Positions 44,165 through 56,200 of a stretch of 64,000 nucleotides of DNA are shown here, piece by piece; positions within the stretch are counted from its first letter, which is position 1, and each line of letters opens with the position of its first letter. This DNA is from Eledone cirrhosa (taxonomy: Eukaryota). The DNA lies in the NCBI GenBank assembly GCA_964016885.1, contig OZ024740.1, positions 4,154,001 through 4,218,000 on the forward strand, in the 5' to 3' direction. Below the pieces are notes generated by a model. It was not told where the DNA came from and searched no databases. It worked only from the letters and a program-made list of their open reading frames with translations. The position numbers were made by a program, and so were the translations under genes.

Positions 44165-44277
44165 CCCTCTACTTGCTATATCAAGCATTAACCTAATATA
44201 TCCCTTCCATATACTGTGCCAATTGTGTTGTTATTTCTGTTTACCTTTTAAATACCTATATATATATATATATATAG

Positions 44278-44462
44278 TAATAATAATAAATGCGAAGACT
44301 AAAATCCAAAGAGGCTCGATAAGGATAATATATATCAAATTCATAAGAACGCTAGAGCATATATTTATTAAAATAACAGATTAAAGTTTAAGCAAAGAAT
44401 CGCTTAACGGGTGAAAGCAGCGATTCTTTGCTTAAACTTTAATCTGTTATTTTAACAAATAT
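44278..44462. repeat. Dispersed repeat homologous (inverted) to 28360-28490, forming a 44-bp-arm hairpin (44361-44404 / 44419-44462)
   Basis: ATATTTATTAAAATAACAGATTAAAGTTTAAGCAAAGAATCGCT-taacgggtgaaagc-AGCGATTCTTTGCTTAAACTTTAATCTGTTATTTTAACAAATAT, 1 mismatch. Confidence 0.88.
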
Positions 44463-44473
44463 ATATATATATA

Positions 44474-44742
44474 ACATCCAGTCCGAAATAAATGAGGTTG
44501 TGTAGTTGTCATGACAAAAAAAAACACACAGTCTACGCTGTAATGTGGCCGTGTAGGTAACATGGTAAAAACCGCCCAGTCCACACTATAAATGTGGTTG
44601 GTGTAAGGAAGGGATCCAGCCGTAGAAAACCCGCCAGACAGTCCTATACGAGCAAGACAACCAATCTTGCCTCAAGTGGGAAAATTCCGTCCAAACCCAT
44701 GTTAGCGTGGAAGATGGACGTTAAACGATGATGATGATGATT
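44474..44742 (+). mobile_element. RTE LINE 3'UTR fragment with (GAT)n tail
   Basis: Homologous to 48360-48625; ends GGACGTTAAACGATGATGATGATG. Confidence 0.88.
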
Positions 44743-45115
44743 ATATATATCCAGGGAGTGTAACTTGGACTTACTGTAGGTTCACCCGGATTACAGAGTT
44801 GGGCTAGATCGATTCAGATCGAACCTTGAGCTGATCAGTGGTGAAACACGCATCACCAACTAATGAACGTAATGAAAGAGTAACCAATCGTCCTTGTTTC
44901 ATTTTATTTTACTATATATATATATATTGCCCGTCCCACCCTTGCAAGCAGGGAAGAGCGGACGTAAAATGATGATGATGATGATGATGATATATATATA
45001 TATATATGTGTGTGTGTATATAATTAGTTACAACAGTATATTTAACTTATCCTATGGTCTGAGTGCTCTCAACCTTGGATGTTTCTACCAAACTTATACT
45101 TTGAATATATATATA

Positions 45116-45184
<69 letters not shown>

Positions 45185-45186
<2 letters not shown>

Positions 45187-48100
45187 TGCTGCCGGACGAA
45201 AATGCAAGGAATCCTCCTCTTTATTTCGGCCACTGATGGCCAACATAACCCCATCTCCCTCACCCCTCCCCACACCCCACCGTTCCCACCCACCAAACAC
45301 AACCCAAAACTTCAGAGTTGGTACCATGAATGTAGGTACTTTAAAAGGTCGCTCTAACGAGGTTATAGAAATGCTTGAACGTAAGGAGGTCGATGTTTGC
45401 TGTATCCAAGAGACCAGGTGGAGGGGTGGGTCTGCTAGATTCATTGTGGGTAAAAAACGATGCTATAAGCTTTTCTGGGTGGGAAATGACAATGGGCTGG
45501 GTGGAGTAGGAATCATGTTAGCAGACAAATGGGCAGATAAGATAATAGACGTAAATAGAGTAAACGACAGAATAATTAAAATAAGACTTGTCCTCAATAG
45601 AACTACTGTGACAATAATATCCGCTTATGCACACCAATCTGGTCTACCTGACGTTATAAAGGACAGGTTCTATGAGACATTGATGATCACTACCTCCCAA
45701 ATAACCGACAGTGACTACATACTTATTGCTGGTCACGTTGGACAACATTGTGATGGCTATGACGGAATCCATGGAGGCTATCTGTAATGCTAACTTCAAA
45801 AAACGAGACGATCACTTGATCACCTATAGATCAGGGGAATATGCCAGTCAGATAGATTATATACTTACCAGAAGACGTGATAGAGTGTTTGTTGTAAACA
45901 GTAAATCCCTCCCCCATGAAGAATGCACCTCCCAACATAGACTCATAGTCAGCGACCTCATAGTCAGGACAAGACGTACTCGACAACATAGGAGGACTAT
46001 CTTCAGGAGAAAAATATGGAAGCTAAAGGACCCCACAGCCAGTAATAAATTTAAAAGCATATTACTTGATGCTTTTGACAGTAAGGAAGAGCAATTAGAG
46101 TCATACAATATAGAGGAACAGTGGGAATTCCTGAAAGCTAACATGCTGAAGGCGGCAGATGAAGTCTGTGGCTGGAGCAGACCTATAGGCAGGAGGAGAG
46201 TAACGTGGTGGTGGAACAGTAAGGTGGAGGAATCAATCAAGGCCAAAAAGCAAGCTTGGAAAGTATGGCGGGATGGGGGAAGTAGAGAAAACTATCAAGT
46301 GGCCAGGAGGGAAGTTAGGAGTCAAGTGTACTTCGCAAGAAGGGAAGCAGAGGAAAGAAAGTTCAAGCATGTTCTACAACGCGAGGACCAAAAACGTGAG
46401 GTGTTCAGGATTGCTAGGCAATGTGTCAAGGAAAACAGTGATATTATCGGGGAGAAGTATGTCCTTAATGATGATGGTGTACTTGCCATCTCTGACGTTG
46501 ATAAGAAAGTAGCTTGGAAGTGTCACTACGAAAGGCTACTAAATGAGGAGAATAAATGGGAGAAAGACAGTCTCCCCCACATCGATCCAATAGAGGGACC
46601 AGCAGTGCAAGTTGAAGGTAGTATAATAAGTAAGGCAATCAAAGATATGAAGACGGGTAAAGCGGCTGGGCCTTCGGAAATAGTTGCTGATATGCTGAAA
46701 GCATCTGGAACGGTGGGACACACTATGGTCACCCGGATAGTAAACCAAGTTATACAGAATGGGGTCGTTCCGAAGGACTGGCGTAGCAGCATCATCATTA
46801 ACTGCTACAAGGGTAAAGGAGATGCCCTAGATAGGGTTAACTATAGAGGCATTAAATTAATTGACCAGGTCATGAAGGTCACAGAAAGAGTTATAGCGCA
46901 ACTAATCAGAGAGCGAGTTGATCTAGATGAAATGCCGTTCGGGTTTGTGTCAAGTAAAAGTACCAAAAACGCTCTTTTCATTGTACCACAACTACAGCAG
47001 AAGTACCTAGCTAAAAGTAAACCCCTATACTTAGCTTTTGTTGACTTGGAGAAAGCCTTTGACAGAGTCCCCCTGCTCCATTATCTGGTGGGCTCTTAGA
47101 AAACTAGGTGTAGATGAATGGCTTGTGAGAGCTGTACAAGCTATGTATAAAGAAACAGTCAGCTAGGTTAGAATTAACAACGAATATAGTGAAGAGTTTA
47201 GCGTAAAAGTTGGTGTTCATCAGGACTCCGTTCTTAGCCCCCTACTATTTATTATTGCCCTTCAAGCTATAACAGAGGAGTTAAAGACTGGCTGCCCATG
47301 GGAACTCCTATACGCAAATGATCTAACGCTCATAGCTGAATCAATGGCTGAACTAGAGAAGAAATTCCAAACATGGAAGCTTGGCCTAGAATCAAGAGGC
47401 CTTAAAATTAACCTGTCTAAGACTAAAGTTCTAGTTTGTAGGAAGGAAAATAGAGCACCGGTCCCATCTGGAAAATGGCCATGCTCAGTGTGTAGGAAAG
47501 GAGTAGGCAGAAACTCCATTTTATGTCCCAAATGCAAAGTAAGGGTGCATAAAAGATGTAGTGGGATCACAGGTAAGCTAACTAAGAATATAGATTTTAT
47601 ATGTGGCCGGTGCTCAGGTGCAATAAGTTGCAGCAAGTGACCACAGAATACTAGCTCTTTCAATTGCACAGATGGTTCTATAGAAATAGTGGACACCTTC
47701 CGTTACCTGTGTGACAAAATCAGCAGTGGTGGAGGGTGCTCTGAAAGTACAGTAGCTAGCGTCAGAACTGGATGGAAGAAGTTCAGAGAGCTTATACCAC
47801 TAATGGCCGCTAAAGGGTTCTCTCTAAAAATGAAAGGCAGGCTGTATGATGCCTGCATACGAACAGCAATGTTACATGGCAATGAGACTTGGGCATTGTG
47901 TGCAGAGGATATACACAGACTGCAGAGAAACGAAGCTTGTATGCTCCGCTGGATGTGTAATAGTAATATACGTGATCGGCAAAGCATAAATGAACTAAGG
48001 AAGAAATTAGGAATAAGAGGGATCAGATGTTGTTTACTCGAGAGATGACTACATTGGTACGGTCATGTGATGTGCATGAAAGACGACAGCTGTATAAAAA

Positions 48101-48625
48101 AGTGCAGGGCGATAAAAATAGATGGTAGCCACGGAGTAGGCAGACCCAGAAAAACCGACCTCACACACTTACACCTCTCCAAGACAATGTCACTGGACCG
48201 AGATCTTTGGCGCTACACAGTAAATCAGAAGACCCGCCTTGCCTAAGTACAAAGCAAAACCTACAGTCAGTAGGCACCTCTTAACAAAAATACACCCCGT
48301 CCCACTACCCCCACCACATCCACACCACCCCTTTCAATGTAAAGCTATGTTGGTACCACAACATCCAGTCCTAAATAAATGAGGTCATGTAGGTGTCACG
48401 AGAAAAAAACACACAGTCCACGCTGTAATGTGGCCATATAGGTAACACGGTAAAAACCTCCCAGTCCACACTGTAAATGTGGTTGGTGTTAGGAAGGGCA
48501 TCCTGGCGTAGAAAACCCGCCAGACACTCCTATACGAGCAAGACAACCAATCTTGCCTCAAGTGGGAAAATTCCTGTCCAAACCCATGCAAGCGGGGAAG
48601 ATGGACGTTAAACGATGATAATGAT
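45185..48625 (+). mobile_element. Near-full-length inactivated RTE-clade LINE (APE + RT with internal PHD finger)
   Basis: APE motifs (VGTMNVGTL, CIQETRW, SAYA, SQIDY, SQHR) and RT motifs (KAAGP, WRSSII..YKGKGD..NYRGI, FVDLEKAFDRV, GVHQDSVLSP, YAND for YADD, GLKINLSKTK, FRYL). Frameshifts, stops and deletions are present, followed by a 3'UTR and GAT tail. Confidence 0.96.
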
Positions 48626-48646
48626 ATATATATATATATATAAACA

Positions 48647-48702
<56 letters not shown>

Positions 48703-48705
<3 letters not shown>

Positions 48706-48855
48706 TCATCATTTCATTTTACGTCCGCTTTTTCCCTGGGTGGGACGGGAACTGATTCTGGCTTGATTTCTACAGCTAGATGCTCTTCCTAACACCAACC
48801 TCATTTACAGTGAGTGCTGGGTGCTTTTTTGCCGTGGCACCTACACGACCACTTT
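48703..48855 (-). mobile_element. Diverged RTE-type 3' tail fragment
   Basis: TTTTACGTCCGC...TTCTACAGCTAGATGCTCTTCCTAACACCAACC is the reverse of the RTE 3'UTR motif GGTTGGTGTTAGGAAGGGCATCC. Confidence 0.7.
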
Positions 48856-48888
48856 GCAGTGGAATGATAGGGACTCCAGTCCCTATCA

Positions 48889-49032
48889 TCTCATTTCTAC
48901 AGCTGAGTAAACTGGAGCAATGTGAAATAAAGTGTCTTGCTCAAGGAAACAACACATCACCCGGTCTGAGAATTGACCTCACAACCTTTCGATTGCAAGG
49001 CCAATGCTCTAACCACTCAGCCATGTGCCTCC
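48889..49032 (-). mobile_element. tRNA-derived CORE-type SINE 5' part
   Basis: Minus strand GGAGGCACATGGCTGAGTGGTTAGAGCA (A box), GGTCAATTC (degenerate B box) and CCTTGAGCAAGACACTTTA (CORE-like). Confidence 0.7.
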
Positions 49033-49061
49033 ATATATATATATATATATATCCAAAATAG

Positions 49062-49107
<46 letters not shown>

Positions 49108-49374
49108 AGCGCAGGACAAAGATAATGAAAAAAAAACTGGAAAGACGGGACAGGCCCATCTCTTCAGTTAACCTCTGGAAATCTCTATGGTTTTAGTATA
49201 TTAAGGTCAATACCATTCATTCCATTGCACATAGGGACACAACAAAACAGGGAGAGACAAGTTATGCCGTTATATATATTTATATACTGGCGTCACGCAG
49301 TAATACAGAAGACCTAAACCCCCCACGGGTACAAGCCGAAGCTGAAGCATATAGACAATATGCCTCATCCCTTC

Positions 49375-49602
49375 CCACTGCAAAGTGGTCATGTAGGCAC
49401 CACGGAAAAAAAGTACCCAGCACTCACTGTAAATGAGGTTGGTGTTAGGAAGAGCATCCAGCTGTAGAAATCAAGCCAGAATCAGTTCCTGTATGAGTAA
49501 GACAAGGTCAGCTGACCAGACACTGCCCACAACAGGACAACCCGTCTAACCCATGTTAGCGTGGAAGAACGGACGTAAAATGGTGATGATGAGTATGATG
49601 AT
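49375..49602 (+). mobile_element. Diverged RTE-type 3' tail fragment
   Basis: GGTTGGTGTTAGGAAGAGCATCCAGCTGTAGAAA...AACCCATGTTAGCGTGGAAGAACGGACGTAAAATGGTGATGATG. Confidence 0.75.
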
Positions 49603-49622
49603 ATACTCTCACACACACACAC

Positions 49623-49662
<40 letters not shown>

Positions 49663-50231
49663 CATACATATACACACACACATATATATGACAGGTTTCT
49701 ATCTACAAAACTTCAATGAAAATGTATTGGTCAAAGCAAGGCTATAGTAAGACATGTGAGACTGAACTTGCAGACATATGGTTACAAAGCAAGCAACTTA
49801 GCCATACAGCCATACCTAAATAATCTTTTAACACTGATGCAATATTATGTGCAATTATGCAACATTACTGCACTGCACCCATAATTTGGAACTAATAATT
49901 TCAGAAGCAGATTTAGATTGCAGAGAATGTATAATGGTGCTACATACCAGACTAATCTAAAGGAAAAACTTTTGAATGGATTTAATGTCTTTAAAGTTCG
50001 CAGACAATTCTTTAGAATCCCAAAGTTGTAATTCTGTATACACACTAGTATGTGGAAGAGGTAAATATCCATTAATTCATTATAACAGTTCATTTGATTG
50101 TCCTAACGACTACTTAACATCTCAATAATTCATATTGATGTAGCTTTGTATCTAGATTACATCTTTCTCAACATGGATGAATAAATATTCACACATTCTA
50201 TATCACATTTCTAATTTCAAATATACTCAGG

Positions 50232-53200
50232 GATGAGGTTGGAGAGATGAGATTGGAGAGAGGAGGTTGGAGAGATGAGGCTGGAGAGATGAGGTTGGAG
50301 AGATGAGGTTGGAGAGATGAGATTGGAGAGATGAGGTTGGAGAGATGAGGTTGGAGAGATGAGGTTGGAGAGATGAGGCTGGAGAGATGAGATTGGAGAG
50401 ATGAGGTTGGAGAGATGAGGTTGGAGAGATGAGATTGGAGAGATGAGGTTGGAGAGATGAGGTTGGAGAGATGAGGCTGGAGAGATGAGATTGGAGAGAT
50501 GAGGTTGGAGAGATGAGGTTGGAGAGATGAGGTTGGAGAGAGGAGATTGGAGAGATGAGGTTGGAGAGAGGAGATTGGAGAGATGAGGTTGGAGAGAGGA
50601 GGTTGGAGAGATGAGGTTGGAGAGATGAGATTGGAGAGATGAGGTTGGCGAGAGGAGATTGGAGAGATGAGGTTGGAGAGAGGAGGTTGGAGAGATGAGG
50701 TTGGAGAGAGGAGGTTGGAGAGATGAGATTGGAGAGATGAGGTTGGAGAGAGGAGGTTGGCGAGAGGAGATTGGAGAGATGAGGTTGGAGAGAGGAGGTT
50801 GGAGAGATGAGGTTGGAGAGAGGAGGTTGGAGAGAGGAGGTTGGAGAGATGAGATTGGAGAGATGAGGTTGGAGAGATGAGGTTGGAGAGATGAGGTTGG
50901 AGAGATGAGATTGGAGAGATGAGGTTGGAGAGAGGAGGTTGGAGAGATGAGATTGGAGAGATGAGGTTGGCGAGAGGAGATTGGAGAGATGAGGTTGGAG
51001 AGATGAGATTGGAGAGATGAGGTTGGAGAGATGAGATTGGAGAGATGAGGTTGGAGAGAGGAGGTTGGAGAGATGAGGTTGGAGAGAGGAGATTGGAGAG
51101 ATGAGGTTGGAGAGAGGAGGTTGGAGAGATGAGATTGGAGAGATGAGGTTGGAGAGAGGAGGTTGGAGAGATGAGGTTGGAGAGAGGAGGTTGGAGAGAG
51201 GAGGTTGGAGAGATGAGGTTGGAGAGAGGAGGTTGGAGAGAGGAGATTGGAGAGATGAGGTTGGCGAGAGGAGATTGGAGAGATGAGGTTGGAGAGATGA
51301 GATTGGAGAGATGAGGTTGGAGAGATGAGATTGGAGAGATGAGGTTGGAGAGAGGAGGTTGGAGAGATGAGGTTGGAGAGAGGAGATTGGAGAGATGAGG
51401 TTGGAGAGAGGAGGTTGGAGAGATGAGATTGGAGAGATGAGGTTGGAGAGAGGAGGTTGGAGAGATGAGGTTGGAGAGAGGAGGTTGGAGAGAGGAGATT
51501 GGAGAGAGGAGGTTGGAGAGAGGAGATTGGAGAGATGAGGTTGGCGAGAGGAGATTGGAGAGATGAGGTTGGAGAGATGAGATTGGAGAGATGAGGTTGG
51601 AGAGATGAGATTGGAGAGATGAGGTTGGAGAGAGGAGGTTGGAGAGATGAGGTTGGAGAGAGGAGATTGGAGAGATGAGGTTGGAGAGAGGAGGTTGGAG
51701 AGATGAGATTGGAGAGATGAGGTTGGAGAGAGGAGGTTGGAGAGATGAGGTTGGAGAGAGGAGGTTGGAGAGAAGAGATTGGAGAGAGGAGGTTGGAGAG
51801 AGGAGGTTGGAGAGAGGAGATTGGAGAGATGAGGTTGGCGAGAGGAGATTGGAGAGATGAGGTTGGAGAGATGAGATTGGAGAGATGAGGTTGGAGAGAG
51901 GAGGTTGGAGAGATGAGGTTGGAGAGAGGAGATTGGAGAGAGGAGATTGGAGAGATGAGGTTGGCGAGAGGAGATTGGAGAGATGAGGTTGGAGAGATGA
52001 GATTGGAGAGATGAGGTTGGAGAGAGGAGGTTGGAGAGATGAGGTTGGAGAGAGGAGGTTGGAGAGAGGAGATTGGAGAGAGGAGGTTGGAGAGAGGAGG
52101 TTGGAGAGAGGAGATTGGAGAGATGAGGTTGGCGAGAGGAGATTGGAGAGATGAGGTTGGAGAGATGAGATTGGAGAGATGAGGTTGGAGAGAGGAGGTT
52201 GGAGAGATGAGGTCGGAGAGAGGAGGTTGGAGAGAGGAGATTGGAGAGATGAGGTTGGCGAGAGGAGATTGGAGAGATGAGGTTGGAGAGATGAGATTGG
52301 AGAGATGAGGTTGGAGAGAGGAGGTTGGAGAGATGAGGTTGGAGAGAGGAGATTGGAGAGATGAGGTTGGAGAGAGGAGGTTGGAGAGATGAGATTGGAG
52401 AGATGAGGTTGGAGAGAGGAGGTTGGAGAGATGAGGTTGGAGAGAGGAGGTTGGAGAGAGGAGATTGGAGAGAGGAGGTTGGAGAGAGGAGGTTGGAGAG
52501 AGGAGGTTGGAGAGATGAGGTTGGAGAGATGAGGTTGGAGAGATGAGGTTGGAGAGAGGAGGTTGGAGAGAGGAGGTTGGAGAGAGGAGGTTGGAGAGAG
52601 GAGGTTGGAGAGAGGAGGTTGGAGAGATGAGGTTGGAGAGATGAGGTTGGAGAGAGGAGGTTGGAGAGATGAGGTTGGAGAGATGAGGTTGGAGAGATGA
52701 GGCTGGAGAGATGAGGTTGGAGAGAGGAGGTTGGAGAGATGAGGTTGGAGAGATGAGGTTGGAGAGAGGAGGTTGGAGAGATGAGGTTGGAGAGAGGAGG
52801 TTGGAGAGATGAGGTTGGAGAGATGAGGTTGGAGAGATGAGGCTGGAGAGCTGAGGTTGGAGAGAGGAGGTTGGAGAGATGAGGTTGGAGAGATGAGGTT
52901 GGAGAGAGGAGGTTGGAGAGATGAGGTTGGAGAGAGGAGGTTGGAGAGAGGAGATTGGAGAGAGGAGGTTGGAGAGAGGAGGTTGGAGAGAGGAGGTTGG
53001 AGAGATGAGGTTGGAGAGATGAGGTTGGAGAGAGGAGGTTGGAGAGAGGAGGTTGGAGAGAGGAGGTTGGAGAGAGGAGGTTGGAGAGAGGAGGTTGGAG
53101 AGATGAGGTTGGAGAGAGGAGGTTGGAGAGATGAGGTTGGAGAGAGGAGGTTGGAGAGATGAGGTTGGAGTGAGGAGGTTGGAGAGAGGAGGTTGGAGAG

Positions 53201-56200
53201 AGGAGGTTGGAGAGAGGAGGTTGGAGAGATGAGGTTGGAGAGATGAGGTTGGAGAGATGAGGTTGGAGAGAGGAGGTTGGAGAGAGGAGGTTGGAGAGAT
53301 GAGGTTGGAGAGATGAGGTTGGAGAGATGAGGTTGGAGAGATGAGGTTGGAGAGATGAGGTTGGAGAGAGGAGGTTGGAGAGATGAGGTTGGAGAGATGA
53401 GGTTGGAGAGATGAGGTTGGAGAGAGGAGGTTGGAGAGAGGAGGTTGGAGAGAGGAGGTTGGAGAGAGGAGATTGGAGAGAGGAGATTGGAGAGATGAGG
53501 TTGGCGAGAGGAGATTGGAGAGATGAGGTTGGAGAGATGAGATTGGAGAGATGAGGTTGGAGAGAGGAGGTTGGAGAGATGAGGTTGGAGAGAGGAGGTT
53601 GGAGAGAGGAGATTGGAGAGAGGAGGTTGGAGAGAGGAGGTTGGAGAGAGGAGATTGGAGAGATGAGGTTGGCGAGAGGAGATTGGAGAGATGAGGTGGG
53701 AGAGATGAGATTGGAGAGATGAGGTTGGAGAGAGGAGGTTGGAGAGATGAGGTCGGAGAGAGGAGGTTGGAGAGAGGAGATTGGAGAGATGAGGTTGGCG
53801 AGAGGAGATTGGAGAGATGAGGTTGGAGAGATGAGATTGGAGAGATGAGGTTGGAGAGAGGAGGTTGGAGAGATGAGGTTGGAGAGAGGAGATTGGAGAG
53901 ATGAGGTTGGAGAGAGGAGGTTGGAGAGATGAGATTGGAGAGATGAGGTTGGAGAGAGGAGGTTGGAGAGATGAGGTTGGAGAGAGGAGGTTGGAGAGAG
54001 GAGATTGGAGAGAGGAGGTTGGAGAGAGGAGGTTGGAGAGAGGAGGTTGGAGAGATGAGGTTGGAGAGATGAGGTTGGAGAGATGAGGTTGGAGAGAGGA
54101 GGTTGGAGAGAGGAGGTTGGAGAGAGGAGGTTGGAGAGAGGATGTTGGAGAGAGGAGGTTGGAGAGATGAGGTTGGAGAGATGAGGTTGGAGAGAGGAGG
54201 TTGGAGAGATGAGGTTGGAGAGATGAGGTTGGAGAGATGAGGCTGGAGAGATGAGGTTGGAGAGAGGAGGTTGGAGAGATGAGGTTGGAGAGATGAGGTT
54301 GGAGAGAGGAGGTTGGAGAGATGAGGTTGGAGAGAGGAGGTTGGAGAGATGAGGTTGGAGAGATGAGGTTGGAGAGATGAGGCTGGAGAGCTGAGGTTGG
54401 AGAGAGGAGGTTGGAGAGATGAGGTTGGAGAGATGAGGTTGGAGAGAGGAGGTTGGAGAGATGAGGTTGGAGAGAGGAGGTTGGAGAGAGGAGATTGGAG
54501 AGAGGAGGTTGGAGAGAGGAGGTTGGAGAGAGGAGGTTGGAGAGATGAGGTTGGAGAGATGAGGTTGGAGAGAGGAGGTTGGAGAGAGGAGGTTGGAGAG
54601 AGGAGGTTGGAGAGAGGAGGTTGGAGAGAGGAGGTTGGAGAGATGAGGTTGGAGAGAGGAGGTTGGAGAGATGAGGTTGGAGAGAGGAGGTTGGAGAGAT
54701 GAGGTTGGAGTGAGGAGGTTGGAGAGAGGAGGTTGGAGAGAGGAGGTTGGAGAGAGGAGGTTGGAGAGATGAGGTTGGAGAGATGAGGTTGGAGAGATGA
54801 GGTTGGAGAGAGGAGGTTGGAGAGAGGAGGTTGGAGAGATGAGGTTGGAGAGATGAGGTTGGAGAGATGAGGTTGGAGAGATGAGGTTGGAGAGATGAGG
54901 TTGGAGAGAGGAGGTTGGAGAGATGAGGTTGGAGAGATGAGGTTGGAGAGATGAGGTTGGAGAGAGGAGGTTGGAGAGAGGAGGTTGGAGAGAGGAGGTT
55001 GGAGAGAGGAGGTTGGAGAGAGGAGGTTGGAGAGAGGAGGTTGGAGAGATGAGGTTGGAGAGATGAGGTTGGAGAGAGGAGGTTGGAGAGAGGAGGTTGG
55101 AGAGATGAGGTTGGAGAGATGAGGTTGGAGAGATGAGGTTGGAGAGAGGAGGTTGGAGAGAGGAGGTTGGAGAGAGGAGGTTGGAGAGAGGAGGTTGGAG
55201 AGAGGAGGTTGGAGAGATGAGGTTGGAGAGAGGAGGTTGGAGAGATGAGGTTGGAGAGAGGAGGTTGGAGAGATGAGGTTGGAGTGAGGAGGTTGGAGAG
55301 AGGAGGTTGGAGAGAGGAGGTTGGAGAGAGGAGGTTGGAGAGATGAGGTTGGAGAGATGAGGTTGGAGAGATGAGGTTGGAGAGAGGAGGTTGGAGAGAT
55401 GAGGTTGGAGAGAGGAGGTTGGAGAGAGGAGGTTGGAGAGAGGAGGTTGGAGAGATGAGGTTGGAGAGAGGAGATTGGAGAGATGAGGTTGGAGAGAGGA
55501 GATTGGAGAGAGGAGATTGGAGAGAGGAGGTTGGAGAGAGGAGGTTGGAGAGAGGAGATTGGAGAGATGAGGTTGGAGAGATGAGGTTGGAGAGAGGAGG
55601 TTGGAGAGATGAGGTTGGAGAGAGGAGGTTGGAGAGATGAGGTTGGAGAGAGGAGGTTGGAGAGATGAGGTTGGAGAGAGGAGATTGGAGAGATGAGGTT
55701 GGAGAGAGGAGATTGGAGAGAGGAGATTGGAGAGAGGAGGTTGGAGAGAGGAGGTTGGAGAGAGGAGATTGGAGAGATGAGGTTGGAGAGATGAGGTTGG
55801 AGAGAGGAGGTTGGAGAGATGAGATTGGAGAGATGAGGTTGGAGAGATGAGGTTGGAGTGAGGAGGTTGGAGAGAGGAGGTTGGAGAGATGAGGTTTGAG
55901 AGATGAGGTTGGAGAGATGAGGTTTGAGAGATGAGGTTGGAGAGATGAGGTTGGAGTGAGGAGGTTGGAGAGAGGAGGTTGGAGAGATGAGGTTGGAGAG
56001 ATGAGGTTGGAGAGATGAGGTTGGAGAGATGAGGTTGGAGTGAGGATGTTGGAGAGAGGAGGTTGGAGAGATGAGGTTGGAGAGAGGAGGTTGGAGAGAT
56101 GAGGTTGGAGAGATGAGGTTGGAGAGATGAGGTTGGAGAGAGGAGGTTGGAGAGAGGAGGTTGGAGAGATGAGGTTGGAGAGATGAGGTTGGAGAGATGA

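Noticed and set aside
44775-44890. Degenerate hammerhead-like words (GGTGAAACACG; CTAATGA...GAAA)
   Set aside because: Core nucleotides are wrong and stems I and III cannot be built convincingly.
49135-49169. Hammerhead candidate on the minus strand (CUGAAGA + 6-bp stem)
   Set aside because: The stem is followed by UUUCC rather than GAAA; only an imperfect hairpin remains.
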